A DNA stretch of 64,000 bases, taken from a virus. Lineage: Duplodnaviria > Caudoviricetes. Each line of letters starts with the position of its first letter. Position 1 is the first letter of the stretch. The DNA lies in IMG/VR virus record IMGVR_UViG_3300032007_000023, positions 1 through 64,000 of that record. One strand, given 5' to 3'. This document shows, one piece after another, positions 9,908 through 19,412 of the stretch. A model generated the notes under the pieces. The model was not told where the DNA came from and did no database searches. It saw nothing but the letters and a program-made list of their open reading frames with translations. The translations under genes were made by a program, and so were the position numbers.

Positions 9908-10756
9908 ATGAAATATTGGGAGTTGATACGAGTGGGTGGAAAGACGTCTGCACCCACTCCTGCTCCTAAAGAAGACGTTACGACATCTTTAAGAACGCTC
10001 ACTGATGAAGAAATTGCAGAGCGCAATGCAACTACTGAGAGTATTGTTAAAGACATTATAGAGGAGCAGAATCGTAAGAATGAAGAAACAAGTCAGAATG
10101 TTAAGACTATTCTTGCATTCATGGAAGAGCTCAAGAATAAAGACTGGACACCACCGGCTGAATTAGAGAATACATCTTTAAATCGGGAAGAGACCTGTGA
10201 CGTTCTTACAATGCTTCTTGACTTCCAGAAAAAGTATTTTTATACAACACCTCTTACAAGAGATCTTTCTCGTGCATTTGTATATAATATACCAAAGCCT
10301 GTATATGAAACTGCAAAGACCGCGGAAGTGAAAGGTTATCCCGATTGTCTCAATCCTCTTTACTGGTTCTTCATGACCCAACTTGGTGATCCAGAGTACA
10401 TGCTTCCGATGTTCCTTATTTCTGCAATCAATGCTATAAAAGATGATGACTATAATATCATTAAAAATCTTGCTTCTAAATACGCTGAAGAGTGTGGTAT
10501 AACAGCGCCTGTTATAGACGATGAGGCAGATGAAGAAGATTTAGAAGGTATTACTGAATATATGGAAGCCTCTACTAATCCGGATGATATCGATATCAGT
10601 TTATCTGATAACGATGAGATAATCGAAACAACCGATAATGGTTCATCTGCCACAGACATAGGATTATTTGATCCTGATGTAAATGATGAATCATTAAATA
10701 CTGAAAATGAAGAGGAGAATAATTATGAAACCGGAAATTCAGAAGAGAATGAATGA
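9908..10756 (+). CDS. hypothetical protein with acidic C-terminus
   Basis: AAGGAGG SD; 282 aa. Confidence 0.8.
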   Translation: MKYWELIRVGGKTSAPTPAPKEDVTTSLRTLTDEEIAERNATTESIVKDIIEEQNRKNEETSQNVKTILAFMEELKNKDWTPPAELENTSLNREETCDVLTMLLDFQKKYFYTTPLTRDLSRAFVYNIPKPVYETAKTAEVKGYPDCLNPLYWFFMTQLGDPEYMLPMFLISAINAIKDDDYNIIKNLASKYAEECGITAPVIDDEADEEDLEGITEYMEASTNPDDIDISLSDNDEIIETTDNGSSATDIGLFDPDVNDESLNTENEEENNYETGNSEENE

Positions 10757-11141
10757 TGCAATAGCAGCAACAACAATAATCAATCAGCTGTTTGATCTCA
10801 TTGTTGAAACATCTGAAACATCACTTGACAGAACCGCTACTTTCTCATACGGAAATCAGTGTTCTATAAATACTGATTTACTCGCCGTTAGGATCGTATG
10901 CAATGATAACATGTCCAATACGCTTTCAATAAATATCGATTATGCACCAAGCATGATCCATATTGCTGATTTCAATGTTGCTGCAACCGGAACATTCGAT
11001 GAATCATATCACAACATCCCTAAGGCATGCAGAAACACTGTCTTCAGTTATGCATCAGATATAAGTGATGCTCTTGAAGGCTTCATAAACGAGAATAATT
11101 TAAGTGATCTCAATGCAGAGGGGGATTCAATAAATGAATGA
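10725..11141 (+). CDS. hypothetical protein (paralog of next gene)
   Basis: GAGGAG SD before ATG 10725; IADFNVAATGTFDESYHNI motif. Confidence 0.7.
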   Translation: MKPEIQKRMNDAIAATTIINQLFDLIVETSETSLDRTATFSYGNQCSINTDLLAVRIVCNDNMSNTLSINIDYAPSMIHIADFNVAATGTFDESYHNIPKACRNTVFSYASDISDALEGFINENNLSDLNAEGDSINE

Positions 11142-11625
11142 TCTGATTAAAAATATTTCAGATATTTCTGTTGAAAATACAAAAAAGACACATCGACTTC
11201 TTGATGCTGTGTTATTCATTATTTCCAGCAATTTTAAAGATAGTGAAATAGCATTTAATCAGCAGAGAGCTACATTTGAAGTTGATGTTGATAATCTTCA
11301 TTGCGTCATTGTGAGAGATCTTAATAGATTCTTTGTTAATATCCGCTTCATTAATGAAGGAAATGTGATTGCTGAATGCACAACTGATATAGTTGGTGGA
11401 TTTGAGGAAACATATGGAAAGATAACAAACAAAGATATCAAGATCATGATTGCAAATCTTTTCTCTGATATTGCAAGCATTGATATTGATTATGTCATAA
11501 ACAATGAAGAATCAGAAGAAACTGTAGAAACAGTAGAATCTACCGATGATGTTATATCAATCGATACAGAGAATGTTTCAACAGAAGATACTACTGAAGA
11601 AGAAACTAATACTGAAGAAGTATAA
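11134..11625 (+). CDS. hypothetical protein with acidic tail (paralog of previous gene)
   Basis: IAECTTDIVGGFEETYGKI motif. Confidence 0.75.
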   Translation: MNDLIKNISDISVENTKKTHRLLDAVLFIISSNFKDSEIAFNQQRATFEVDVDNLHCVIVRDLNRFFVNIRFINEGNVIAECTTDIVGGFEETYGKITNKDIKIMIANLFSDIASIDIDYVINNEESEETVETVESTDDVISIDTENVSTEDTTEEETNTEEV

Positions 11626-11631
11626 TATATG

Positions 11632-11665
11632 CCGGGGCTTCACGCCCCGGTTATTATTTTTATTT
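11632..11665 (+). terminator. intrinsic terminator
   Basis: CCGGGGC-TTCAC-GCCCCGG plus T-rich tract. Confidence 0.75.
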
Positions 11666-11732
11666 TTATACACATATTATTTTATTGGATGATATATAAA
11701 TCATCAAAATATTTTTAAGGAGGAAATTAAAA

Positions 11733-12242
11733 ATGAATAACCAGAAAGGCGAAAAAATTGATGAGGTAATGAAACAGGCATCGAGTACTATTAATCTCAT
11801 TGATAAGGTGGTAAATGGAGATAAGGGTCGCTTCAATAGCGATATATCTGCACCAAAGGAAGAAGACTTTAAAGACAAACCCAAAGATATACCATTCGAA
11901 GAACCGTCATATTATTACGGTAACCCATGGAATCCTTCAACGAATGCATGGAATCCTTCAATGAGTGCTTGTTTTTCAGATCCATCAGCACCATATAATG
12001 CTATGTATCAGAAACCTCTCAGCGGTGCTTTTTGTCCTATTCCATCGGAAACATTTAAAGCAAGAGATGAAAGGTTACACAAGATCAAGGATATTCTCAC
12101 TGTAACTGAATTTGAGATGCTGGATATTCATCATATTCTTGATATGGATTATGATAAGTTTACCAGATATATTTCTATCTTGAATAAGCTTATTGAAAAT
12201 GGAGTAATTTCTAAAGACGATGAAACTAATCATATAGAATAA
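11733..12242 (+). CDS. hypothetical protein
   Basis: AAGGAGG SD; contains WNPS twice. Confidence 0.75.
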   Translation: MNNQKGEKIDEVMKQASSTINLIDKVVNGDKGRFNSDISAPKEEDFKDKPKDIPFEEPSYYYGNPWNPSTNAWNPSMSACFSDPSAPYNAMYQKPLSGAFCPIPSETFKARDERLHKIKDILTVTEFEMLDIHHILDMDYDKFTRYISILNKLIENGVISKDDETNHIE

Positions 12243-12263
12243 ACTTTATATGAGGTGATCATC

Positions 12264-12872
12264 ATGGATAACAACAACACAAACTATATCAAGATGGATG
12301 GCGAGGAAGCTGCTTTTGAAAGTGGTGCAATTCGTTATACTAAGACCGGTAAAGGACGTTATGATCTAATACCCGGTGACATTGTACAGGATGTTTTAAC
12401 TTATGCATTTAAAGAATACTATAAATCTCCGGATTATAAGATGGAAACATCTGATCTGGAAATTATTAAAAGTGCATATGCAGAGGATATTAGTAGATAT
12501 TTTAATGTCATAATCGGTATTGTTAACTCATCATTCGTCTTTCATGATATTTCTGATACTGAAATTTCGGATAACGGGGTATTATATGTGAAAACCGGTT
12601 GTTCACAATTCATCGATGGATTCAAAAAGATGCTCAAGGCTCTCGCTATTCACTATGAGAATGGTGCTGAAAAGTATGGAGTTGATAACTGGAAGAAAGG
12701 TATCCCGGTTATCGGTGGAGACCGTGGTGGTTCCTTTACTGATTCCATGCTTCGCCATCTTAATCAATATTTGATGTGCGAAGAGGACGAACCCCATAAT
12801 GTATCTGCTATATGGAATGCATTTGGTGCATTATGGACATTGAAACATAACAAGGGAGAAGAAAATAAATGA
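12264..12872 (+). CDS. dATP/dGTP diphosphohydrolase-like (DUF5664) protein
   Basis: FESGAIR..GKGRYDLIP; GAEKYGVDNWKKG; DSMLRHL; DEPH..AIWN. Confidence 0.75.
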   Translation: MDNNNTNYIKMDGEEAAFESGAIRYTKTGKGRYDLIPGDIVQDVLTYAFKEYYKSPDYKMETSDLEIIKSAYAEDISRYFNVIIGIVNSSFVFHDISDTEISDNGVLYVKTGCSQFIDGFKKMLKALAIHYENGAEKYGVDNWKKGIPVIGGDRGGSFTDSMLRHLNQYLMCEEDEPHNVSAIWNAFGALWTLKHNKGEENK

Positions 12873-13219
12873 AAGATATAATTTATTCAAAAATGGGAAA
12901 GATAGAAGAGACCAGTGCTACTACTGTTGGTATTGGTGGGTTAGCTTTTTCGGAATATAGGGATAAGTATGGTTGTCAGAAATCAACTGCTGCCGAAAAG
13001 AAGATATTTGGAGCTGTTATAGAAACTGACGATTCCATCAATTCTTTATATAATATAATTGATACAGCTATCGATGCAGGATCATCAGTTATCATGTTTG
13101 ATATTCAGGAAGCAACAGGAAAACAGATATACCATATTCGCACATATATGAGAAGCAAAGATAAGTTCGAAGAGATAAGCAGTCTTTATGAAACACGCGT
13201 TTGTTTCACACGTCCTTAA
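12869..13219 (+). CDS. hypothetical protein
   Basis: ATGA overlap with upstream gene, GGGAG SD. Confidence 0.7.
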   Translation: MKDIIYSKMGKIEETSATTVGIGGLAFSEYRDKYGCQKSTAAEKKIFGAVIETDDSINSLYNIIDTAIDAGSSVIMFDIQEATGKQIYHIRTYMRSKDKFEEISSLYETRVCFTRP

Positions 13220-13265
13220 AAATCCTTGAAGATATATACATTATATATTCGAAAGGAGTGATTCA

Positions 13266-14168
13266 ATGATCGTCACATCTAAAAGATGTTTCTTAAACAT
13301 CTTAACACAATTATGGAAAGCCGATCGATTATTGGCAGCAAACTATTATGTTGGTGATCAAACTGCAACAAATGGATTTGCGACATTCAATGATCAAATA
13401 GGATTAAACGAATATGGTCAGGTCATATCTAAATCTGATCCATCTTCTACGGCAGTACCATTCTCATCTCAATGGCATATCAAGATGAGTAAGTGCATTG
13501 ATCCAGAACCCTTTAGAGCACAACAGATGGTTTTCGGAGAAGACAATGAGTATAATTCACCAGAGGAGAGATATGTTGCTCATCTCAATAATCCAGACAC
13601 ATTCCTTAATGTGTATAACTTCCTCTTCAAAGATCAGCTCGAAGGAAACGGTCTCCAGATATTGATGTTTAATGATGATCCGAATATGTTACAATTTGGA
13701 CATATCATATGTCAGTATTTGAGTATGAACTTTGGTGTTGATATTGTTTATATTGATCCACAGTATCGTCCTGATTGTCGAGGTTATGCATCATATCAAG
13801 GAAATAAACAGCTTGGAATGAAAACGTTGAAGGATGTAAGAGATTATGATTTGTTATTTAACTTCAATCAAGCTGTATCTCAATCCTCATTCTACAATAC
13901 CGTGAATAATGTACGGCTGTTTCTTAGTGAAATGGATAAGGAGAGTACAATGCATCTGTATAAACTCCTATTTCCGAATGACCCGTTACCTCCGGGTAAC
14001 TATACCCTGGATCATGTCAGAGAAATCATAATCGGAAGATGTTCATCAGGTATTATAAATAATAAGATGCCAAACCTTATGCTCAATGATTGGCAATCAG
14101 TCATAGCAAGGGCTGAACAGGAATCCGAAGATTTCTATGGCGATGGTGAAGACAGCGGTTTGTATTAA
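13266..14168 (+). CDS. hypothetical protein
   Basis: AAGGAGTG SD; 300 aa. Confidence 0.8.
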   Translation: MIVTSKRCFLNILTQLWKADRLLAANYYVGDQTATNGFATFNDQIGLNEYGQVISKSDPSSTAVPFSSQWHIKMSKCIDPEPFRAQQMVFGEDNEYNSPEERYVAHLNNPDTFLNVYNFLFKDQLEGNGLQILMFNDDPNMLQFGHIICQYLSMNFGVDIVYIDPQYRPDCRGYASYQGNKQLGMKTLKDVRDYDLLFNFNQAVSQSSFYNTVNNVRLFLSEMDKESTMHLYKLLFPNDPLPPGNYTLDHVREIIIGRCSSGIINNKMPNLMLNDWQSVIARAEQESEDFYGDGEDSGLY

Positions 14169-14175
14169 TTAAAAT

Positions 14176-14211
14176 AAATAACGACCTATCTTGGGTCGTT
14201 ATTTTTTTTTT
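14176..14211 (+). terminator. intrinsic terminator
   Basis: AATAACGACC..GGTCGTTATT plus poly-T. Confidence 0.75.
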
Positions 14212-14228
14212 CTAAGGAGTGTGATAAA

Positions 14229-17210
14229 ATGGGTGCACAGATTGCAAATCCTATGGCTGAGTATTTATTGAAGCTCCAATTAATCATTACTAATGCAGAA
14301 TTCAAGAATGATGAAGAAGCTAAGAAATACGAAACATTGGAATCCAAATTAAACGGTGAAGCTTATGTGCGTGCTGTATTAAAAGAAGATCTGTTTGAAT
14401 CGTATCAATATGATGGAAGACATGTTTATGATTTATTGATGTCACGTGGTTATTCAGATGAAAGAGCACAAGTTCTTATGAACAACCCAATGATGATACC
14501 AAAGGATATTCGTGAAATACTTCTCGAAGAAGAACGTAGCTTGTTAATAGCCAACTATGTTGAACCGAATAAATACTATGTTACTCTGTCTGGAAAACCA
14601 TTCCAAGGTGATAAGTATACTCCGGCTGATGAAGTATTAAGAATACCAGATGAGTTTTATGAACGATACAGAGCTGATACGGTAATAACTCGATCTGAAC
14701 CAATACATGAACTTCCGTCAAAATATCAAGAGTTGTTCATGAATTCCGAATTCTATCCGGAATATATTAAGAAATATCCAGAATGTATTTATCTGAGATA
14801 TATCGGAAGTAATTCAATTCCGATAGAAGTATCTCGTAAAGCACGTGATGGAGATATTATGAGAATCAATGAACATAAGTTATCAACATATCATCCAATC
14901 TTTGGTAATGTTTCTGTTGATCCAACGATTGTTCATGCATTCAGTAATATCTATAGATCAACTCGTGATTATGTTTATCAAACATTACGAGGTGATTTCT
15001 CAAGCATCTATCCAAACTATAATGACCTTATTCGTTTCCTCACAATATACATGTCTATTGGTGCTGCAATGAATGAGTTTCAAAAGAAGTCTTCAAAACT
15101 CATATACATGAATAATGTTACTGCAAACAATCTATTCATGTTATATGGTCTTCCTTCTGTAATAATGGAAGGAGCTCCAATGATTGAGTTCTTGAAGAAA
15201 TTCCGTTTGTTATTAATGGATAAAGGAACGAATGTTGTTTATCGTGTAAAGGATCTTGTTGGATATCAAGACACAGATATCTATACACTCGTAATGGTAA
15301 AACAACAAGAGTTCAAAGAAGGTAAGCCTGTATATACATATGATGAAAAGGGCAACAGACAACCTGTATCAAGAATTGTATTCCGTCGTCTTGGAACAAC
15401 CGATGACAATACATCATATTTCAAATTCCGTGAAAGTAAAAAAGAATATGACTGGAGAGATATTGCCGATGGAGATCCTCGTTGGTGGAATGATCCTACT
15501 ACAGAAGCAATGTTACAGGATATGAATTATACTCTATCGAATTCAAAGTATATTCAATTATCAACTCATATGTCCCTCAGTGATATATGGTGGCAATGCG
15601 TAATCTTCTTACGTGGTTTACTTGACAGAAGGCAAGAAACCTCTACAACAACAATAGGAATCAATCGTGATATAAACGGTTCATCAACTATGACTGTATA
15701 TGACGCTGTATTATCATTAATCATAATGATGCAATGGCAACTCGTTGATTTCAATGGTAGAACATTGTCAGGTGATATGTACATTCCGATGGATGGGTAT
15801 AATCAATGTATAGATATGCTATTTAATGGACTTGATACCGATGGTTCTCCCTTACCACTTAAAGAAGGAAGACCATTCAAAATAGCATCTTTCAATTTTG
15901 ATGTTAGATCAACTGACATGGAAAGATATCAAGCCTTACAAGCATATGATTATCTTGATCCTGATTACTTTGTACCAATGGTAGATAAAGTATTGGATCT
16001 TTCTAATACTAATACCGGAGATATGTTGATGACGGATATAAAGCTTATATACAAATACTTGGAATCGAAGTTACGTTCATCAAGAACTATACAACAATTC
16101 CGTCAAGCATCTGAAGCATATAATCTCTTATTCCTCGTTGATCCGATAAGAGATTGGTTTGATAACTCTAATCTTGAAACAGATAAACTTATCTGTGAAA
16201 AGTATGGTATTCAACAGATAGAGTTTGAACAGCTCAAGTATTTCTTCCATGCTAGTGGCACACCTCTCGCTGATAAGACCGACTATGTTACGATCCATTA
16301 TAATGATACTGACTATAAAATATATCTTTATGATGTATTGAACGAGAATGTTTATCTATATGAAATAGATGGAGAATATCTGTTCAGAAACCATACATTC
16401 GTTGGACTGTTTGAAGCTGCTATCACAATCGGTAATTCGGACAGAGATAAACGTGTTCGTAGATCAACATTGTCTCAAATAGTAAAGGATAATTATCAGC
16501 GTATTATAATCGATAAAGTAAACATAGATCTTGGTAGTTCGATATATGGTCCTACTACATTTGAGAATCTCCTTATGATGGAGAATCCTACATTGTACGA
16601 ATACATGCTTCAACAGAAAGCAGATAGTAATGAGAATATCATAACAATGCTTCGTGCAATAATTAAAGCACTTGAACAATATTCAAATTCATCGCTTGCT
16701 GCATTGGAATGTAAAGCGTTAGGATCGGAAGAGTATTTCAGGATACTTAAAGAAGTTATAACATATTTCAAATCATATATGATTGAATTTACCAAGGATG
16801 AGTTTACCTATATAATGGGTGGCTTATTCGATAATGGTGGTAATTCAGATATGTTAAAACTGTTTGATGAAATCTCTCATGGTACAATGGAAATAGCACC
16901 TGGTGATTCATTAACATTGTATGATGTATCACATGCCACAACTCAATATACTTTTGGTGATGATAATACAGGTGTTATGTATGATGATGTCTTGTTTAGA
17001 CTTAAGGCAGCATACAAAGATATCAAGAATACCGGATATGATATCTGGTATGATGATGGTAAACGTATCACAAAGAAGGGCTTTTCTATTGATGATGATA
17101 CTGAGATTGTTGCAAACATTGTACATGACAAGAGTGGAGAAATAAAAATAATAATCCATGTAAATAATCTGGATGTAATTCCACCAAACTATTACGGCAA
17201 TACAAGGTAA
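14229..17210 (+). CDS. large protein, probably virion structural (baseplate-like)
   Basis: 993 aa; LYGLP...LLMDKGT resembles baseplate/tail-I-type segments; function tentative. Confidence 0.45.
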   Translation: MGAQIANPMAEYLLKLQLIITNAEFKNDEEAKKYETLESKLNGEAYVRAVLKEDLFESYQYDGRHVYDLLMSRGYSDERAQVLMNNPMMIPKDIREILLEEERSLLIANYVEPNKYYVTLSGKPFQGDKYTPADEVLRIPDEFYERYRADTVITRSEPIHELPSKYQELFMNSEFYPEYIKKYPECIYLRYIGSNSIPIEVSRKARDGDIMRINEHKLSTYHPIFGNVSVDPTIVHAFSNIYRSTRDYVYQTLRGDFSSIYPNYNDLIRFLTIYMSIGAAMNEFQKKSSKLIYMNNVTANNLFMLYGLPSVIMEGAPMIEFLKKFRLLLMDKGTNVVYRVKDLVGYQDTDIYTLVMVKQQEFKEGKPVYTYDEKGNRQPVSRIVFRRLGTTDDNTSYFKFRESKKEYDWRDIADGDPRWWNDPTTEAMLQDMNYTLSNSKYIQLSTHMSLSDIWWQCVIFLRGLLDRRQETSTTTIGINRDINGSSTMTVYDAVLSLIIMMQWQLVDFNGRTLSGDMYIPMDGYNQCIDMLFNGLDTDGSPLPLKEGRPFKIASFNFDVRSTDMERYQALQAYDYLDPDYFVPMVDKVLDLSNTNTGDMLMTDIKLIYKYLESKLRSSRTIQQFRQASEAYNLLFLVDPIRDWFDNSNLETDKLICEKYGIQQIEFEQLKYFFHASGTPLADKTDYVTIHYNDTDYKIYLYDVLNENVYLYEIDGEYLFRNHTFVGLFEAAITIGNSDRDKRVRRSTLSQIVKDNYQRIIIDKVNIDLGSSIYGPTTFENLLMMENPTLYEYMLQQKADSNENIITMLRAIIKALEQYSNSSLAALECKALGSEEYFRILKEVITYFKSYMIEFTKDEFTYIMGGLFDNGGNSDMLKLFDEISHGTMEIAPGDSLTLYDVSHATTQYTFGDDNTGVMYDDVLFRLKAAYKDIKNTGYDIWYDDGKRITKKGFSIDDDTEIVANIVHDKSGEIKIIIHVNNLDVIPPNYYGNTR

Positions 17211-17213
17211 AAA

Positions 17214-17237
17214 AAGAGCCCCGTAAAAGGGGCTCTT
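17214..17237. terminator. bidirectional terminator between convergent genes
   Basis: AAGAGCCCC-GTAAAA-GGGGCTCTT. Confidence 0.75.
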
Positions 17238-17240
17238 AAT

Positions 17241-17570
17241 TTAAAATCTTTCGCCATTAAATTCGACTTCCTGAGTCCAATAATCAATTGAAACATCAGT
17301 CCAATTTACATTATCGGCATAGCCGGTCATGATTGTGAATACGTACGCTGTTTCCTGGAGTGAAACTCCATCGGATACGAAGTCAAAGCCTGCGTCCTCA
17401 AGAAGCTTCTTAATCTTCTTACCAGGCTTTGCGGGTCTAGCCTCGTTCCAAGGAGCAAACTTCTGTCCTTCACCTTCAAAGAAGTATTCTTCTAAGGCCT
17501 TCTTAAGCTTCGCGAGATCCATTGGTGTTGTGTTTGTTGTTGCCTCTGCGATATTCTTTAATGTTGTCAT
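17241..17570 (-). CDS. small hypothetical protein (early-type cassette)
   Basis: GAAAGGAG SD; 109 aa. Confidence 0.8.
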   Translation of the reverse strand: MTTLKNIAEATTNTTPMDLAKLKKALEEYFFEGEGQKFAPWNEARPAKPGKKIKKLLEDAGFDFVSDGVSLQETAYVFTIMTGYADNVNWTDVSIDYWTQEVEFNGERF

Positions 17571-17576
17571 AATAGA

Positions 17577-17609
17577 CTCCTTTCAAAAATACCCGGGCAT
17601 AAAGCCCGG
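17577..17609 (-). repeat. hairpin+U-tract+SD unit, copy 1
   Basis: CTCCTTTCAAAAATACCCGGGCATAAAGCCCGG, repeated at 17960-17993. Confidence 0.9.
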
Positions 17610-17616
17610 CCACGGA

Positions 17617-17952
17617 TTAGATAATTACGTCGTAGTCGCCTGTTGTAATCATGTCGTTCAATGCCTCGATAACTTCACGATATTCATCTTGATCTACGTC
17701 GATCTCTCTGAATTCATTAATGTTATCGTTTTCGGAACATGGTTCCCAAGACTCATCGTCGTAAACGGGTTCTTCTTTTCGGAGTTTGTTCTCCTTTGGA
17801 TAGAACACGTATAGGAGCGGATACCAACCACTCCAGTCTTGGATTTCCTCGGCTTCAAGAATGACTTCGTCATTCCTTTCTAAAATATTTATTGTTATTC
17901 TGTCTTCTGTTGGTTTTTCACCAACACCAAATGAAATTCTGTATTTTGACAT
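17617..17952 (-). CDS. small acidic hypothetical protein
   Basis: GAAAGGAG SD; 111 aa. Confidence 0.8.
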   Translation of the reverse strand: MSKYRISFGVGEKPTEDRITINILERNDEVILEAEEIQDWSGWYPLLYVFYPKENKLRKEEPVYDDESWEPCSENDNINEFREIDVDQDEYREVIEALNDMITTGDYDVII

Positions 17953-17959
17953 ATTATTT

Positions 17960-17993
17960 CTCCTTTCAAAAAATACCCGGGCATAAAGCCCGG
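17960..17993 (-). repeat. hairpin+U-tract+SD unit, copy 2
   Basis: same as 17577-17609 with one extra A. Confidence 0.9.
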
Positions 17994-18001
17994 GCTTTCG
18001 T

Positions 18002-18493
18002 TTAGTTTCTGAGTTTTCTTACTGCTGATACTACGTCTTCCTCGGCCTCTGCAAGTTCCCTGCTATATGTATAGAATGGACTCTTAGCAGCGGGTTCTAC
18101 TTCCTTTCCAATGTAGACCCCATTCTGGATTTTGAAGATAGCCGATGTTCTTGAGAATATTTTTAATGTTACTGTGACTACGTCTCCCGTGTATGATATA
18201 TGAGTATCAAGATTTCCATAGCTGCTTTTGATCATTTTCTTAAGCTCAAAAGCATACTCAGCAGCACTCAGTGAGCCTTTGGATGTTGGTGTTGTTCTTG
18301 TTGATTTAGTGTAACCCAGATTAAAATCCTTGATTACTTCATCAAGTTCCTTAGCGGCATCTTCGCGTCCCTTGCGTCTCATCAGGTCACGAACCTGGAT
18401 TATCATTTCTTTCTCTTCGGGTGTGTATGAATTTGCTGAAGCTTCTGCGGCTGCCTCAATAATTGCACCGATAAATTTTCCGAAACCACTCAT
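18002..18493 (-). CDS. hypothetical protein
   Basis: start moved to ATG 18493 (MSGFGK) after AAGGAG. Confidence 0.75.
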   Translation of the reverse strand: MSGFGKFIGAIIEAAAEASANSYTPEEKEMIIQVRDLMRRKGREDAAKELDEVIKDFNLGYTKSTRTTPTSKGSLSAAEYAFELKKMIKSSYGNLDTHISYTGDVVTVTLKIFSRTSAIFKIQNGVYIGKEVEPAAKSPFYTYSRELAEAEEDVVSAVRKLRN

Positions 18494-18540
18494 ATAGTTC
18501 TCCTTACCCTTTTCCCCATTGGGCGCGAGGTGATAATGAC

Positions 18541-18612
18541 GAGAGTTGAAAGACGTATTTCTTTCTTTTCTCATAGTAATAATATATATATGAAGAATCA
18601 ATATAATCCTTC
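18541..18612 (-). repeat. 72-bp exact direct repeat containing a promoter-like motif, copy 1
   Basis: identical to 19135-19206; minus strand reads CTTCATATATATATTATTACTATGAG. Confidence 0.95.
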
Positions 18613-18700
18613 CGATAGTCGGTAGCATAGAAAAAATACAATGTAAAAAATACTTTTCAAAGAGGGGGACTCATGCGAGCCCCCATCCTTTTATTAATTC

Positions 18701-19084
18701 TTATTCGTTGCAGATGTAATCTGTGAGTTCGAGTATTGTATGGTTTATGATGTCAGACTTTACAGCAGGTGTGTATGCCAACTTCTGACATGTTGCAAGA
18801 AGCTCGAACATGTTGGTGAAATCCGCATTGTTGTGCCAGTAATCCTGATGATCATGAATCAGATTTATCAGCCAGCGTGATACATGGCTGAAGAAGTATT
18901 CTCTGCTGTTGCCGTCTGCGGAGAAAGTGTTATAACCTGTGGTTTTTCCCTCGTTGATTCTCTTCTGAATGATGTACACATATTTTGTGTATTCGGGATC
19001 ACAACCAATGTAGCCTTTATAGTTTTCCATTTCCTTGACGCAAGCCTCGAGAGCTGCTCTCTTATTTCTGTATGTGTATGTCAT
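18701..19084 (-). CDS. hypothetical protein
   Basis: GAAGGAG SD; 127 aa. Confidence 0.8.
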   Translation of the reverse strand: MTYTYRNKRAALEACVKEMENYKGYIGCDPEYTKYVYIIQKRINEGKTTGYNTFSADGNSREYFFSHVSRWLINLIHDHQDYWHNNADFTNMFELLATCQKLAYTPAVKSDIINHTILELTDYICNE

Positions 19085-19134
19085 AATGACTCCTTCTCGT
19101 GGGTTATATCAGGTTTTCCTTCCTGTATTTTTAT

Positions 19135-19206
19135 GAGAGTTGAAAGACGTATTTCTTTCTTTTCTCATAGTAATAATATATATATGAAGAATCAATATAA
19201 TCCTTC
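19135..19206 (-). repeat. 72-bp exact direct repeat containing a promoter-like motif, copy 2
   Basis: identical to 18541-18612. Confidence 0.95.
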
Positions 19207-19241
19207 TGCAGCATAGATTTCATGGTAGCATAGAAAAAATG

Positions 19242-19263
19242 AACGGGGGACATAGCCCCCGTT
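19242..19263 (-). terminator. intrinsic terminator of the sbcC/HNH unit
   Basis: AACGGGGG..CCCCCGTT; T-tract on the minus strand. Confidence 0.7.
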
Positions 19264-19265
19264 AA

Positions 19266-19412
19266 TTATTTTTTCGATAAATCAATAGTATGAACAATGT
19301 GATCATATTGACCGGGTTGAATTGAATGAGATATCAAGAATAATTGCTCCATCTTTAATGTAGCCATTGTTTCTTGTATCATCATTAAGAATGAATCATG
19401 CATGTATGAATC
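19266..19412 (-). pseudogene. sbcC: displaced original 3' end of sbcC (48 codons)
   Basis: DSYMHDSFLMMIQETMATLKMEQLFLISHSIQPGQYDHIVHTIDLSKK* is colinear with the SbcC C-terminus DIDMCSLYLAMLYELCSTLKIEQMFLISHH..VHKLDL. Confidence 0.85.

Noticed and set aside
18494-18628. N-terminal extension of the 18002 ORF (likewise 879-920, 23907-23948, 52505-52630)
   Set aside because: Extensions run through promoter or hairpin DNA; an internal ATG has the proper SD
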